From positions 1,919 through 65,918 of the forward strand of contig JAGWYN010000020.1 of NCBI GenBank assembly GCA_018969295.1: DNA of 64,000 nucleotides, written 5' to 3'. Both the position numbers and the translations under genes were made by a program. Below are positions 25,527-38,367 of the stretch, one piece after another (position 1 is the first letter of the stretch; each line of letters opens with the position of its first letter). Source of the DNA: Chloroflexota bacterium. Lineage in GTDB: Bacteria > Chloroflexota > Anaerolineae > Caldilineales > Caldilineaceae. The notes beneath the pieces were generated by a model. The model ran no database searches. It worked only from the letters and a program-made list of their open reading frames with translations, and was not told the origin of the DNA.

Positions 25527-26693
25527 TTACAGCAGCGCAACGACCTGGTGGGCGAGCATGGCCAGGTCGGAGGGCGTGGCGACGCGCGCGTTGTTGGCGA
25601 GCATCGGCTGGTTTTCAGCCGAGCGCATCGAATCGAGCAGTGCTTCTGCGGATGGGGCTGGGCTGCTGTACGGAAGGCGGGCATGGGCAAAGTCGACGGC
25701 TGCGAGCAGCGCCGCGTAGAGCTCGGGCAGATCGGTGCTGGAGCTTCCGGGGTGCAGGGCGTCGGCGATGGGTTGGTAGCGGATGGGGGCACCGGCGATG
25801 CTCCACGCCAGGGTCGCCTGCATGGCGAGGGCCACAGCGACGGCGTGGGGCAAATGGGCCACTGTACCGAGCGCGTGGCCGATGTTGTGGGCGAGGCCGG
25901 TGCCGCACTGGTCGATCGCCAGCCCGGCCAGGCAGGCGGCCTCTTGCATTTGCAGCCGGGTTTGCAGGTTGTCGGGGGCGGCGACGGCGGTGGGCAGGGC
26001 TTCCCCGATCAGGCGCACGGCCTGGAGCGCGTAGCTCTGGGCGATGGCATTGGTCCGCTGGCTGGTGGCGGCCTCGATGGCATGGACCAAGGCATCCAAG
26101 CCAGTGGTGGCGGTCAGGGTTGGGGGGAGTGTCACGGGGAGTGCAGGGTCGAGCAGCGCCAGGTCTGGGCGCAGTTCGTCCCCCCAGGCCCAGGACTTGC
26201 GTCCGTGCGAGTCGGTGAGCACACAGGTGCGGGTCACCTCTGCGCCGGTGCCGCTGGTGCTGGGGATCATGAGGGCGGGCAGCCTTCCTGAAAAGGGGGC
26301 AGCGCACATCATGTAGTCGTCCATCGGCCTTTCTGCGACCGCAACTGCGGCGACCAATTTGGCGATGTCGAGGGCTGTGCCGCCCCCCAGCCCGACCACG
26401 GTGCAGCGTTGTTTTTGCAGCAGGGCCCGCGCGGCTTCTGCGGCTGCGTTGACTGTGGCGACGGTCGGTTCGCCCGGCGGGGCCAGAAACAGGGCCACCG
26501 TGTTCTGGCGAGCCAGTGAAGCTTGAACGTTGGCGACCCAACCGGCGGCGGCCATGCCCTGATCGGACACCAGCAGCACGCAGGGGGTCCCCAGCCGGGC
26601 AACCTGGTCGGAGAGGGTGGAGAGGCTCTCTGGGCCGACTTGCAGCAGAGGGCTGGGGGTGACTTGGTAGGAGCGGAGCGTTGCTGCGGACAT
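25527..26693 (-). CDS. Iron-containing alcohol dehydrogenase
   Basis: [39 protein letters not shown]...LPHAVA. Confidence 0.9.
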   Translation of the reverse strand: MSAATLRSYQVTPSPLLQVGPESLSTLSDQVARLGTPCVLLVSDQGMAAAGWVANVQASLARQNTVALFLAPPGEPTVATVNAAAEAARALLQKQRCTVVGLGGGTALDIAKLVAAVAVAERPMDDYMMCAAPFSGRLPALMIPSTSGTGAEVTRTCVLTDSHGRKSWAWGDELRPDLALLDPALPVTLPPTLTATTGLDALVHAIEAATSQRTNAIAQSYALQAVRLIGEALPTAVAAPDNLQTRLQMQEAACLAGLAIDQCGTGLAHNIGHALGTVAHLPHAVAVALAMQATLAWSIAGAPIRYQPIADALHPGSSSTDLPELYAALLAAVDFAHARLPYSSPAPSAEALLDSMRSAENQPMLANNARVATPSDLAMLAHQVVALL

Positions 26694-26704
26694 GGCTGGC
26701 CTTC

Positions 26705-29660
<2,956 letters not shown>

Positions 29661-29780
29661 GCGATCCTGGCCTTTTGTCTCGTCGTTGTTTTGGAGGCAC
29701 CTGGGGAAGGAGCTTGAACGCCCTGTTTCACGCGGTGCACCTCATTTCTCTCTTCGAGTATAGCACACCCTTGTGGGGGG

Positions 29781-29900
29781 GACGAATTCTGCCGCGAACG
29801 ATCCATCGCGTTGGCTACGCCCAAAGGAAGCGTTGTCTATGACAACCTACGCAAGTTTATCAAGTTTTCGATCGGCGACAATCTTGGCAGGACCTTGACG
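29781..29900 (+). pseudogene. Remnant of a cation-transporting P-type ATPase
   Basis: Frame including 29838 reads KGSVVYDNLRKFIKFSIGDNLGRTL, matching the conserved GRxIYDNIRKFIxF...N segment. No start, no rest of gene; bounds approximate. Confidence 0.6.
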
Positions 29901-30057
29901 GGGGTGTATATGCGGAAGGTGAAAAAGTGCTCGCAAGGCGATAAGGAGGAACCAAGCTGTTTACCACTGTCCTGTTCGACTTGATTGTGGTATAAGAATC
30001 ACACGGCAGCCCCTTCTTATGGCTGCCATCAACTCCTTTTTCGTCGAGACTGCTTTT

Positions 30058-30717
30058 ATGATGACAAACAAAGCTCTGATGACTGGTCAGAAAGACATCC
30101 AAAACGAATCTCTGGGTGAGAAGCTCAAGAGCATCGTCCATGAAATCCGGAAAGAAGACATAACGTTGCTGGAGATCCTTGAAATCTTCAAGGAAGACGG
30201 CCTGCTTTTGCTGACTGTCTTTCTTGCGCTCATTTTTTTGGTGCCAGTCTCCATTCCCGGTGTCAGCACGGTGTTCGGTACAGCCATTCTGCTGATAGGG
30301 ATCGCTCGGCTCTTCCAGCGTCATTTATGGCTCCCAGAGAAGATCGCCCGACGCACAATCTCCGCTGAAAAATTGGCGGCCGGTCTGAAAAGGGCGCTCC
30401 CCTGGTTTCATCGTCTTGAAAAGATTAGCCAGCCCAATCGCTTATCCTGGCTGACCGGTAACGTGCCAGGGCTGACAAACAAGCTGGCCTATATCCTTGC
30501 AGCCCTCCTGTTGATGGCTCCCTTTGGGTTTGTCCCCTTCAGCAACACGCTCCCTGCGCTTGCACTCATCTTTTTTGCGATCGGTGAGATCGAAAAGGAT
30601 GGCGGCAGCATCCTGATAGGGTATCTTTTCACCTTGGCGACGATTATTTATTTCAGCGTCCTGATTGCGGGCGGCAGCTTAACGATATGGGAAGGATGGC
30701 AACGCCTGCCACTGTAA
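30058..30717 (+). CDS. exoD: ExoD-family membrane protein (exopolysaccharide synthesis ExoD-like)
   Basis: LALIFLVPVSIPGVSTVFG, LWLPEKI, PFSNTLPALA; GC about 50%, lower than the flanks. Confidence 0.85.
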   Translation: MMTNKALMTGQKDIQNESLGEKLKSIVHEIRKEDITLLEILEIFKEDGLLLLTVFLALIFLVPVSIPGVSTVFGTAILLIGIARLFQRHLWLPEKIARRTISAEKLAAGLKRALPWFHRLEKISQPNRLSWLTGNVPGLTNKLAYILAALLLMAPFGFVPFSNTLPALALIFFAIGEIEKDGGSILIGYLFTLATIIYFSVLIAGGSLTIWEGWQRLPL

Positions 30718-30882
30718 TCCAAAAACTCCAAATGTGAGTTTAGGCTAGTTTGCAGATGGGGTGTGATGTAGATCCTCAAAAGTGTGCTTTGTGCTGGAAC
30801 AGGAAAGTGGTTGCTGACGTTGAGACAGTGCTGTGTCTGTGCAGCATTCAGGGAGATTCATCAGGGTTCAGGGATAGATGGT

Positions 30883-32193
30883 ATGGCTTCTTTTGTGATT
30901 GAAGGGGGACGTCCGTTGCAGGGCGCTATTCGTCCGACCGGCAACAAAAATGCTGCGCTGCCCATGTTGGCTGCTTCTTTGCTGACCGAAGAGCCGGTCA
31001 CGCTCCACAACCTGCCCCGCATCGGCGATGTCGAAACGATGTTGCGGATCTTGAGCGGGTTGGGGGTTGAGGTGCAGGATCACGGGAGCACAGTGACCCT
31101 CTGTGCGCGTGAAGTCTGTGCTGCCGAGCCGGACCCGCGGCTCTTTGCCCAGATTCGGGGGTCGTTGACGTTGATGGGGCCGCTGCTGGCGCGTTTTGGC
31201 TATTTCCAGGTCGATACTGCGGCAGGGGGCGACGACATCGGGCGGAGGCGCATCGATACCCATCTCCAGGTGTTGACTGCGCTGGGCGGCAGTCTGCGGC
31301 ACAACGGCAAGTTCGAACTGCGCGCGCCGGGAAGGCTGCGGGGCAGCGATCTGTTGCTCGACGAGGCGTCGGTGACTGCAACCGAGAATGGGATCATGGC
31401 GGCTGCGCTGGCACAGGGGACCACGGTGCTGCGCAACGCCGCCAGCGAACCCCACGTGCAGGATCTCTGTCGGATGCTTTCAATGATGGGGTGTCCGATC
31501 GATGGGATCGGCAGCAATGTGTTGACGGTCTATGGCTGCAGCCAGCTGCACGGTGCAGACGCGTACATCAGCCCGGATTTTATCGAAGTGGGCAGCTATA
31601 TCGGGCTGGGTGCAATTACGCCGGGGGAACTGCGGATTCTGGGCGTGGTGCCTGAACATTTGCGCATGATGGAGATGGTCTTTGCCGACCGGCTCGGTGT
31701 GCGCATGCGGTTGGAGGAAGATCTGGCGGCTCCTCCCAGCGAGCGTTTTACGCTGGTGATCGACGCCGAGCAGCAGCTGCGGGTGCGGCCTGATTTTGGC
31801 GGGGCTGTGCCCAAAATTGACGATGCTCCCTGGCCCGCTTTTCCCCCCGACCTGATGAGCATTGCGGTGGTCACAGCGACCCAGGCGCTCGGCACCGTTG
31901 TCATCCATGAAAAAATGTATGAGAGTCGGCTGTTTTTTGTCGACAAATTGATTGCGATGGGGGCCCAGATCATTCTCTGCGACCCCCATCGGGCCGTGGT
32001 GGTGGGCCCGAGCCGGTTGACCGGTCAGCAGGTGGTCAGCCCGGACATTCGTGCCGGGATGGCGCTGGTGCTGGCGGCGCTTGCCGCAGAAGGGGTGACG
32101 ACCATCGGCAACGTGCAGCAGATCGACCGTGGCTACCAGGAGATCGACCGCAAGCTGCGGTCGCTCGGCGCCCGGATCGAGCGCATCGAATGA
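30883..32193 (+). CDS. murA: UDP-N-acetylglucosamine 1-carboxyvinyltransferase
   Basis: [54 protein letters not shown]. Confidence 0.95.
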   Translation: MASFVIEGGRPLQGAIRPTGNKNAALPMLAASLLTEEPVTLHNLPRIGDVETMLRILSGLGVEVQDHGSTVTLCAREVCAAEPDPRLFAQIRGSLTLMGPLLARFGYFQVDTAAGGDDIGRRRIDTHLQVLTALGGSLRHNGKFELRAPGRLRGSDLLLDEASVTATENGIMAAALAQGTTVLRNAASEPHVQDLCRMLSMMGCPIDGIGSNVLTVYGCSQLHGADAYISPDFIEVGSYIGLGAITPGELRILGVVPEHLRMMEMVFADRLGVRMRLEEDLAAPPSERFTLVIDAEQQLRVRPDFGGAVPKIDDAPWPAFPPDLMSIAVVTATQALGTVVIHEKMYESRLFFVDKLIAMGAQIILCDPHRAVVVGPSRLTGQQVVSPDIRAGMALVLAALAAEGVTTIGNVQQIDRGYQEIDRKLRSLGARIERIE

Positions 32194-32516
32194 CCGACGA
32201 AGCCCCAGCGCCTTGTCGGGCATGCTGGCAGGTGCTTTGCCGTGTCCGGTGAAGATGCTCCTGCAAAGCAAGAATTTGATAACTTCCCTGCAAACTGAAT
32301 TCCTGCGTGTGGCGCGGGGGCTTGACATTGTCCGATCGAGTGTTCGTATGTGAGGCGTGCGGCCCCTGGTGAGATGTTTGTCTAGTACACGTCGGCGCAA
32401 ACAACTCGTTGATATGGTGATACACTCTGCTCGATTGTGCAGTCCGCAATCCGGCGGATTGCGTCGCATGAATTCGTGGATTTATCTGGGCCGACCTGTA
32501 CTGTCCAAGAGAACGG

Positions 32517-32546
32517 TTGACAGCCTTTCGCGCTGCCCGCTATAAT
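32517..32546 (+). promoter_or_regulatory. Consensus sigma70 promoter of the ygeY-carbamate kinase operon
   Basis: TTGACA (32517-22), N18, TATAAT (32541-46). Confidence 0.8.
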
Positions 32547-32590
32547 TACAGAGGATCATTCAACACAGGTATCAGCAAAGGATAGGTCAT

Positions 32591-33796
32591 ATGTCCAGTC
32601 GAGAGGTCGGCGCGGTGCAGCAGGGAGTCCACCAGTACAGCGAAGCGATCGTCACGTTTTTGCGGGATCTCTGTGCGATCCCGTCGATGGATTCGCAGAT
32701 CGGGCCGGTGGGTGCCCGGGTTCAGGCTGAAATGGCTGCATTGGGCTTCGACGCAGTCTGGTTTGACTCGATGGGCAACACCGTCGGCCGTATCGGTGAC
32801 GGGCCGCGCACCCTGCTCTACGACAGCCACATCGATACTGTCGGCATCGGCAACCCTGCGGAGTGGGGGTGGGACCCTTTTGTCGGCAAAGTCGAGGCGG
32901 GGCGTTTTTATGCGCGCGGGGCATGCGACGAAAAAGGCAGCACCCCACCGATGATTTACGGGCTCAAGGTTGCCAGAGATCTGGGACTGCTGGAGGGGTG
33001 GACTGTCTATTATTTTGGCAATATGGAGGAGTGGTGCGATGGCATCGCACCACACGCGCTGGTCGAGCATGAGGGAATCCGTCCCGACTTTGTGGTGATT
33101 GGGGAACCGACCAAGATGCAGGTCTACCGCGGCCACAAGGGCCGTGTGGAGATCGAGGTTGTCGCGCGCGGGCGCAGCGCACACGCTGCCAGCAACCAGC
33201 TTGGCGACAACGCCCTTTACAAGGTGTTGCCGCTCATCGAGGGGGTGAGCAAATTGGAGCCCCAGCTGGGCGACGACCCCTTCCTGGGACACGGCAAAAT
33301 TACCGTGAGCGATCTGAAAATCTCCACCCCGTCGATCAACGCCGTGCCTGACCAGGCGCGCGTCTACATCGACCGCCGTCTGACCTTTGGCGAGAGTGCC
33401 GAAGGGGCCATCGAACAGGTGCGTGCGCTGGTGCCGCCCGGGTTGCTGGCGCGCGGGGAAATCACCGTCGAGATGATGAAGTATGCGGACCCGAGCTACA
33501 CCGGTTTTGTCTTCCCGGTCGACAAGTATTTCCCTGCCTGGGCCCTGGACGAAGGGCATCCGCTCGTCCAGGCAGGATTGCAGGCGGCCAGCCTGGTCGG
33601 GTTGCCGGTGCACCCGGCTGGCAAATGGAATTTCAGCACCAATGGGATCTACTGGATGGGCAAGGCTGGGATTCCTTCGATCGGTTTTGGGCCGGGGGAA
33701 GAGGAGACCGCCCATACGACGCAGGACAGTGTGCTGCTGGCCGATGTGGTGAAGGCTGCGGAGTTTTACGCCTTGCTACCGGCTTTGCTGCGTTGA
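32591..33796 (+). CDS. ygeY: YgeY-family M20 metallo-hydrolase
   Basis: YDSHIDTVG, GACDEKG, EEWCDG, GHKGRVEI, FSTNG, GFGPG..AH. Confidence 0.85.
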   Translation: MSSREVGAVQQGVHQYSEAIVTFLRDLCAIPSMDSQIGPVGARVQAEMAALGFDAVWFDSMGNTVGRIGDGPRTLLYDSHIDTVGIGNPAEWGWDPFVGKVEAGRFYARGACDEKGSTPPMIYGLKVARDLGLLEGWTVYYFGNMEEWCDGIAPHALVEHEGIRPDFVVIGEPTKMQVYRGHKGRVEIEVVARGRSAHAASNQLGDNALYKVLPLIEGVSKLEPQLGDDPFLGHGKITVSDLKISTPSINAVPDQARVYIDRRLTFGESAEGAIEQVRALVPPGLLARGEITVEMMKYADPSYTGFVFPVDKYFPAWALDEGHPLVQAGLQAASLVGLPVHPAGKWNFSTNGIYWMGKAGIPSIGFGPGEEETAHTTQDSVLLADVVKAAEFYALLPALLR

Positions 33797-33815
33797 CCGT
33801 TCCAGGAGTTTGCAG

Positions 33816-34790
33816 ATGTCCACCACCCCAGATCGTTCACAACTTGCTGTCATCGCCATCGGTGGCAATTCACTGATTGCAGACAGCCGTGCGCCCGAGG
33901 TCGTCCACCAGTGGGATGCGGTGCGCGAGACCGCCCGCAACATCGCCGACATGGTCGAAGCGGGGTGGACTGTAGTTGTCACCCACGGCAATGGGCCCCA
34001 GGTCGGCTTCATTTTGCGGCGCAACGAGCTCGCTGCCAGAGAGGTGCACCCGACCCCGCTGGACCTGATCGTCGCCGACACCCAGGGCAGCATCGGGTTT
34101 ATGCTGCAGCAGACGCTCAACAACGAATTTTTCCAACGTCAGCTCGATCGCCAGTGCATCACCCTGGTCACCCAGGTGGAGGTGGCTGCCGATGACCCGG
34201 CCCTTGCCAATCCGACCAAACCGATCGGCAGTTTTCTGGCCGAGGCACAGGCCCGCGTCTTCGAGCAGGAGGGTTGGCAGGTGGTTGAAGATGCTGGCCG
34301 GGGCTGGCGGCGGGTAGTCGCCTCCCCCGAACCGCTGGCAATCGTCGAAGAGCGTGCGATCCGTCAGGCGGTGCAGATGGGCTGGATCGTGGTGGCTGTG
34401 GGCGGTGGGGGCATCCCGGTCATCCGCAACACCAAAGGGGAGCTGCGTTCGGTCTATGCTGTGATCGACAAAGACCGGGCCAGCAGTCTGTTGGCGGCCC
34501 GTATCGACGCCAATCTGCTGCTGATCAGTACAGGGGTCGAAAAAGTGGCGCTCAACTACGGTCAGCCTAACCAGATCTGGCTGGACGAACTCACCGTCGC
34601 CGAAGCCGAGCGCTACATGGCGGCTGGGCACTTTGCGCCGGGCAGCATGAAACCCAAGATTGAGGCCTGTGTGCGTTTTTTGAAACAGAGCCGGCAGACA
34701 GAGGCGGCGGCCATCATCACCGACCCGAGCCATCTGGGCCAGGCTTTGCAAGGCAAGACTGGCACTCGGATCGTCCGTTCCTCCCCGTAA
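33816..34790 (+). CDS. arcC: Carbamate kinase
   Basis: AIGGNSL, THGNGPQVG, TKPIG, GWRRVVASP, VIDKD, GSMKPK. Confidence 0.94.
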   Translation: MSTTPDRSQLAVIAIGGNSLIADSRAPEVVHQWDAVRETARNIADMVEAGWTVVVTHGNGPQVGFILRRNELAAREVHPTPLDLIVADTQGSIGFMLQQTLNNEFFQRQLDRQCITLVTQVEVAADDPALANPTKPIGSFLAEAQARVFEQEGWQVVEDAGRGWRRVVASPEPLAIVEERAIRQAVQMGWIVVAVGGGGIPVIRNTKGELRSVYAVIDKDRASSLLAARIDANLLLISTGVEKVALNYGQPNQIWLDELTVAEAERYMAAGHFAPGSMKPKIEACVRFLKQSRQTEAAAIITDPSHLGQALQGKTGTRIVRSSP

Positions 34791-34861
34791 TGGGGGCGGA
34801 CCCATCTGCCCGGCTGGAGCCCTCCAGAACAGAGCCTGTTCTTCTGCCTTTCCGGTCTGCT

Positions 34862-34890
34862 TTGACGGAAAGGGCGATCTGTGTTAGGGT
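34862..34890 (+). promoter_or_regulatory. Sigma70-type promoter of the tRNA
   Basis: TTGACG-N17-TAGGGT, ending 13 nt before the tRNA 5' end. Confidence 0.6.
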
Positions 34891-34901
34891 AGGTGCATAG
34901 A

Positions 34902-34977
<76 letters not shown>

Positions 34978-35029
34978 CTCTCTGTTGCTGAGCCGCCGTG
35001 ACAGCGGTGGGGAATCGGTGACGCAATCG

Positions 35030-35061
35030 GGTGTACTTGAGAAACGGTGTACTTGAGGAAC
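35030..35061. repeat. 16-bp tandem duplication (GGTGTACTTGAGAAAC / GGTGTACTTGAGGAAC) just upstream of the ABM gene
   Basis: Two copies, one mismatch. Confidence 0.8.
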
Positions 35062-35072
35062 AGGGTGAGGTC

Positions 35073-35357
35073 GTGACAGGTCTGATTGTTCATCTCGAGA
35101 TTGTACCGGGGCGCCGAGACGAGTTTGTGGCGCTGGCGCGCGCACATGGGGAGCGTTCGCAGCGGCTGGAAGAGGGACGTTGTCTGCGCTTTGATGTGTT
35201 TGTTCCTGTAGAGAGCGAAAACCAGGTGATTCTGGTGGAAAGCTATGTCGATGACGGGGCATTGCAGGCCCACTGGGATTCGGCACATATGGCCGAGTAC
35301 AGCCAGCGGGTGGCAGGGATGATCGCCGGCCGCACCCGCTACCGGTGCACGGTTTGA
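35073..35357 (+). CDS. Antibiotic biosynthesis monooxygenase / LsrG-like small protein
   Basis: EEGRCLRFDV...ILVESY...ALQAHWDSAHM; GTG start after GAGG. Confidence 0.78.
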   Translation: MTGLIVHLEIVPGRRDEFVALARAHGERSQRLEEGRCLRFDVFVPVESENQVILVESYVDDGALQAHWDSAHMAEYSQRVAGMIAGRTRYRCTV

Positions 35358-36601
35358 CAGGATCCCCCCCGTTGGGGCCGACTGCTGTTCGACAGCGCGC
35401 GGGGGCTGTCCGCCGATCGGCCTTGACGCTGTTCGCTGTCACGGCGCCAGGGCTGGCTCCTTTCTGTGCCCTGGAATTTTCTCGTCTTGGCCTCTGCCCT
35501 GAGCCCCCGCAGGTGGAAGTGGGGGGCGTTGAAGTGGTCGGCGATCTCCACATGCTCTATCAGGCCAATCTTCATCTGCGCACTGCCAGCCGTCTGTTGG
35601 TTCGGCTGGGCGAATTTCATGCTGAAAATTTTGCGCAGCTGCGGATGCGGGCTGCACAGCTTGGCTGGGAACACTATCTGCATGCGGGCCAGCCGGTCGA
35701 TCTGCGGGTGACCTGCCATCGTTCGCGGCTGTATCATTCCGATGCGGTCGCCGAGCGGATCGCCGTCGCGATCGGGGATCGTCTGGGCATCTGTCCGGAG
35801 CGGCACAAAGGCGACGAAGAGGGGGAGGGCCCTTCTGTGCAGCAGGTGGTCGTGCGGCTGCTGCAGGACCGCTGTACGGTCAGCGTCGATTCGTCGGGCA
35901 GTTTGCTGCACCGTCGGGGGTATCGGCTGGCAACCGCCAAAGCCCCGCTGCGGGAGACACTGGCGGCGGGGCTTGTGCTGGCTGCGGGCTGGGATGGGGC
36001 AGAGAGCCCGCCCTTGCCGCTGTTGGATCCGTTCTGCGGTTCGGGGACGATTGCGATCGAAGCGGCGCAGCTGGCGTTGCAGCTGGCGCCAGGGCGTCAG
36101 CGTTCTTTTGCCTTTCTGAACTGGCCTGGGTTCGATGCGCAGGGCTGGCAGCGGCTGTTGGCAGAGGCAGACCGTCGGGCGCAGCTGCGCTCTGCCCAGC
36201 TGGCGGGCCAGGTTTTGGTCTATGCGTCGGATCGGGATGCGGGTGCGGTCCGGGCCGCCCAGGCCAACGCCGAACGTGCCGGGGTCTCGGCTGCGGTCGC
36301 TTTGTCGTGCCGGCCTCTCTCTGCTGTCGAGCCCCCAGAGGGGGTGGGCTGCGTGGTCACCAATCCACCGTACGGTCGGCGCGTACAAGGAGGGCGTGAC
36401 CTGCGCAACCTGTATGCCCAGCTGGGGCATGTCTTGCGCCAGCGCTGTCCGGGGTGGGAGCTCACACTGTTGTGCGGGGACCGGCTGCTGCTCGGACAGG
36501 TAGGCTTGCCGTTGGAGAGCCGCCTGCATTTCAACAACGGGGGCCTTTCGGTCTTTGTGGCGCGTGGGCGGGTGCAGCCGTCCGACAGACCCTCTCTGTA
36601 G
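35354..36601 (+). CDS. THUMP-domain class I SAM-dependent RNA methyltransferase (RlmL/YpsC-like)
   Basis: ANLHLRTASRLL, SRLYHSDAVAER, LHRRGYR, APLRETLAA, DPFCGSGTIAIEAA, TNPPYG; start uncertain (TTG at 35354 or 35423). Confidence 0.87.
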   Translation: MTGSPPLGPTAVRQRAGAVRRSALTLFAVTAPGLAPFCALEFSRLGLCPEPPQVEVGGVEVVGDLHMLYQANLHLRTASRLLVRLGEFHAENFAQLRMRAAQLGWEHYLHAGQPVDLRVTCHRSRLYHSDAVAERIAVAIGDRLGICPERHKGDEEGEGPSVQQVVVRLLQDRCTVSVDSSGSLLHRRGYRLATAKAPLRETLAAGLVLAAGWDGAESPPLPLLDPFCGSGTIAIEAAQLALQLAPGRQRSFAFLNWPGFDAQGWQRLLAEADRRAQLRSAQLAGQVLVYASDRDAGAVRAAQANAERAGVSAAVALSCRPLSAVEPPEGVGCVVTNPPYGRRVQGGRDLRNLYAQLGHVLRQRCPGWELTLLCGDRLLLGQVGLPLESRLHFNNGGLSVFVARGRVQPSDRPSL

Positions 36602-36621
36602 GCTGGGAGCAAAACCGAACG

Positions 36622-38367
36622 ATGTTTGAAGCACAAAATCCTGTGATCGTTCAGAGCGACAAAAGTGTGCTGCTCGAAGTAGACAGCCCTTCCTACGCAG
36701 AGGCCCGCGACATGCTGGCGCGCTTTGCCGAACTGGAGAAGAGCCCGGAGTACATCCACACCTATCGGATCTCGCCGCTCTCGTTGTGGAACGCCGCCGC
36801 TGCCGGGCTGAACGCGGAGGCCATCCTGGCGGGGTTGGAGCGGTACGCCAAATATCCGATCCCAGCCAATGTGCGGGCTGAAATTGTCGAGTCGATCGGC
36901 CGGTATGGGCGGGTCAAACTGATCCAGCGCGACCATCAACTGCTGATGACCTCCACAGATGCGCTGTTGTTGGTCGAGCTGCAGCGGCGCAAGGAGCTGA
37001 AGCCCTACATTTTGCGTGTGGTCGACCCCCACACCCTCTGTGTGCAGGCGGGGATGCGCGGGCACATCAAGCAGGCGCTGGTCACCATCGGCTACCCTGC
37101 CGAGGATCTGGCTGGCTACACCCAGGGAGATGCGCTGGCTGTGCAGCTGCGCGAGCAGACAGCGGCTGGTCACTCTTTTGTGCTGCGCCAGTACCAGAGC
37201 GAGGCGGCAGCCATCTATTATGCAGGTGGGGCTGAGCGGGGGGGATCGGGCGTGATCGTGCTGCCCTGCGGCGCTGGCAAGACGATGGTCGGCATGGCGG
37301 CGATGGTGATGGACGCCAGCCATACGTTGATTTTGACCCCCAATGCCATCTCGGTCGAACAGTGGATCCGTGAGCTGCTCGACAAGACGACCCTCACCGC
37401 TGACCAGGTGGGCGAGTACACAGGCCAGCGCAAAGAGCTTCGACCGGTGACCATCGCCACCTACCAGACGATCACCTATCACAAGCGAGGCAAAGATCGG
37501 GGGGGCAGCCTGCGCGACGAATACCCACATTTTGCGATCTTTGAGTCGCGCAACTGGGGGCTGATCATCTACGACGAAGTGCATTTGCTGCCTGCGCCTG
37601 TCTTCAGCATTACCGCCGAGCTGCAGGCGCGGCGTCGGCTGGGGTTGACCGCCACCCTGGTGCGGGAGGATGGCCGGGAGAGCGAGGTCTTTTCGCTGAT
37701 CGGCCCGAAAAAGTATGACGTGCCGTGGAAGGTTTTGGAGCGACAGGGGTGGATTGCGACGGCGGAGTGCGTCGAGGTGCGCATTCTGCTGGACCCGGCG
37801 CTGCGCATGGAGTATGCGCTGGCCGATGCCCGCCACAAATATCGCATTGCAGCCACCAGCCCTGCCAAGTACAGCGTGCTAGAGCAGCTGCTGCACAAGC
37901 ATGAAGATGACCAGGTGTTGATCATCGGGATGTACCTGGAGCAGCTGGGGGGGCTGCAGGAACGCTACGGGTTTGCCCTGATCACCGGGGAAACGCCGGC
38001 ACGCGAACGCAGCCAGCTCTACAACCGTTTCCGTGCAGGGGAACTGCGCCGTCTGATCATCTCCAAAGTGGGCAATTTTGCGATCGACCTGCCCGACGCC
38101 AACGTGATGATCCAGCTCAGCGGTACCTTCGGCAGTCGGCAGGAAGAAGCGCAGCGGCTGGGCCGGATCTTGCGTCCCAAACAGGACGGTCAGCTGGCCT
38201 ATTTTTACACGCTGGTCTCGCGCGACACGCAGGATCAGGAATTCAGCGCCAACCGCCAGCTCTTTCTCACCGAACAGGGCTACCAGTATCAGATTTTGTA
38301 CGAGGACGAGGTGGCCCTCTACGAACCGCGACGGCTGGCGAACAACCTGGGGAAAGGAGATGGCTGA
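36622..38367 (+). CDS. XPB/Rad25-like superfamily 2 DNA helicase with N-terminal helicase-associated domain
   Basis: NPVIVQSDKSVLLEV N-domain; LRQYQ, LPCGAGKT, YDEVH, GLTATLVREDG, SRQEEAQRLGRILR. Confidence 0.93.
   Translation: MFEAQNPVIVQSDKSVLLEVDSPSYAEARDMLARFAELEKSPEYIHTYRISPLSLWNAAAAGLNAEAILAGLERYAKYPIPANVRAEIVESIGRYGRVKLIQRDHQLLMTSTDALLLVELQRRKELKPYILRVVDPHTLCVQAGMRGHIKQALVTIGYPAEDLAGYTQGDALAVQLREQTAAGHSFVLRQYQSEAAAIYYAGGAERGGSGVIVLPCGAGKTMVGMAAMVMDASHTLILTPNAISVEQWIRELLDKTTLTADQVGEYTGQRKELRPVTIATYQTITYHKRGKDRGGSLRDEYPHFAIFESRNWGLIIYDEVHLLPAPVFSITAELQARRRLGLTATLVREDGRESEVFSLIGPKKYDVPWKVLERQGWIATAECVEVRILLDPALRMEYALADARHKYRIAATSPAKYSVLEQLLHKHEDDQVLIIGMYLEQLGGLQERYGFALITGETPARERSQLYNRFRAGELRRLIISKVGNFAIDLPDANVMIQLSGTFGSRQEEAQRLGRILRPKQDGQLAYFYTLVSRDTQDQEFSANRQLFLTEQGYQYQILYEDEVALYEPRRLANNLGKGDG

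Noticed and set aside
32547-32590. Purine riboswitch before ygeY
   Set aside because: The leader after the consensus promoter is only about 40 nt and lacks the aptamer core.
36614-36630. LexA box (CGAAC-GAT-GTTT) at the XPB start
   Set aside because: Spacing is 3 nt rather than the GAAC-N4-GTTC of Gram-positive/Chloroflexi boxes, and it overlaps the start codon.
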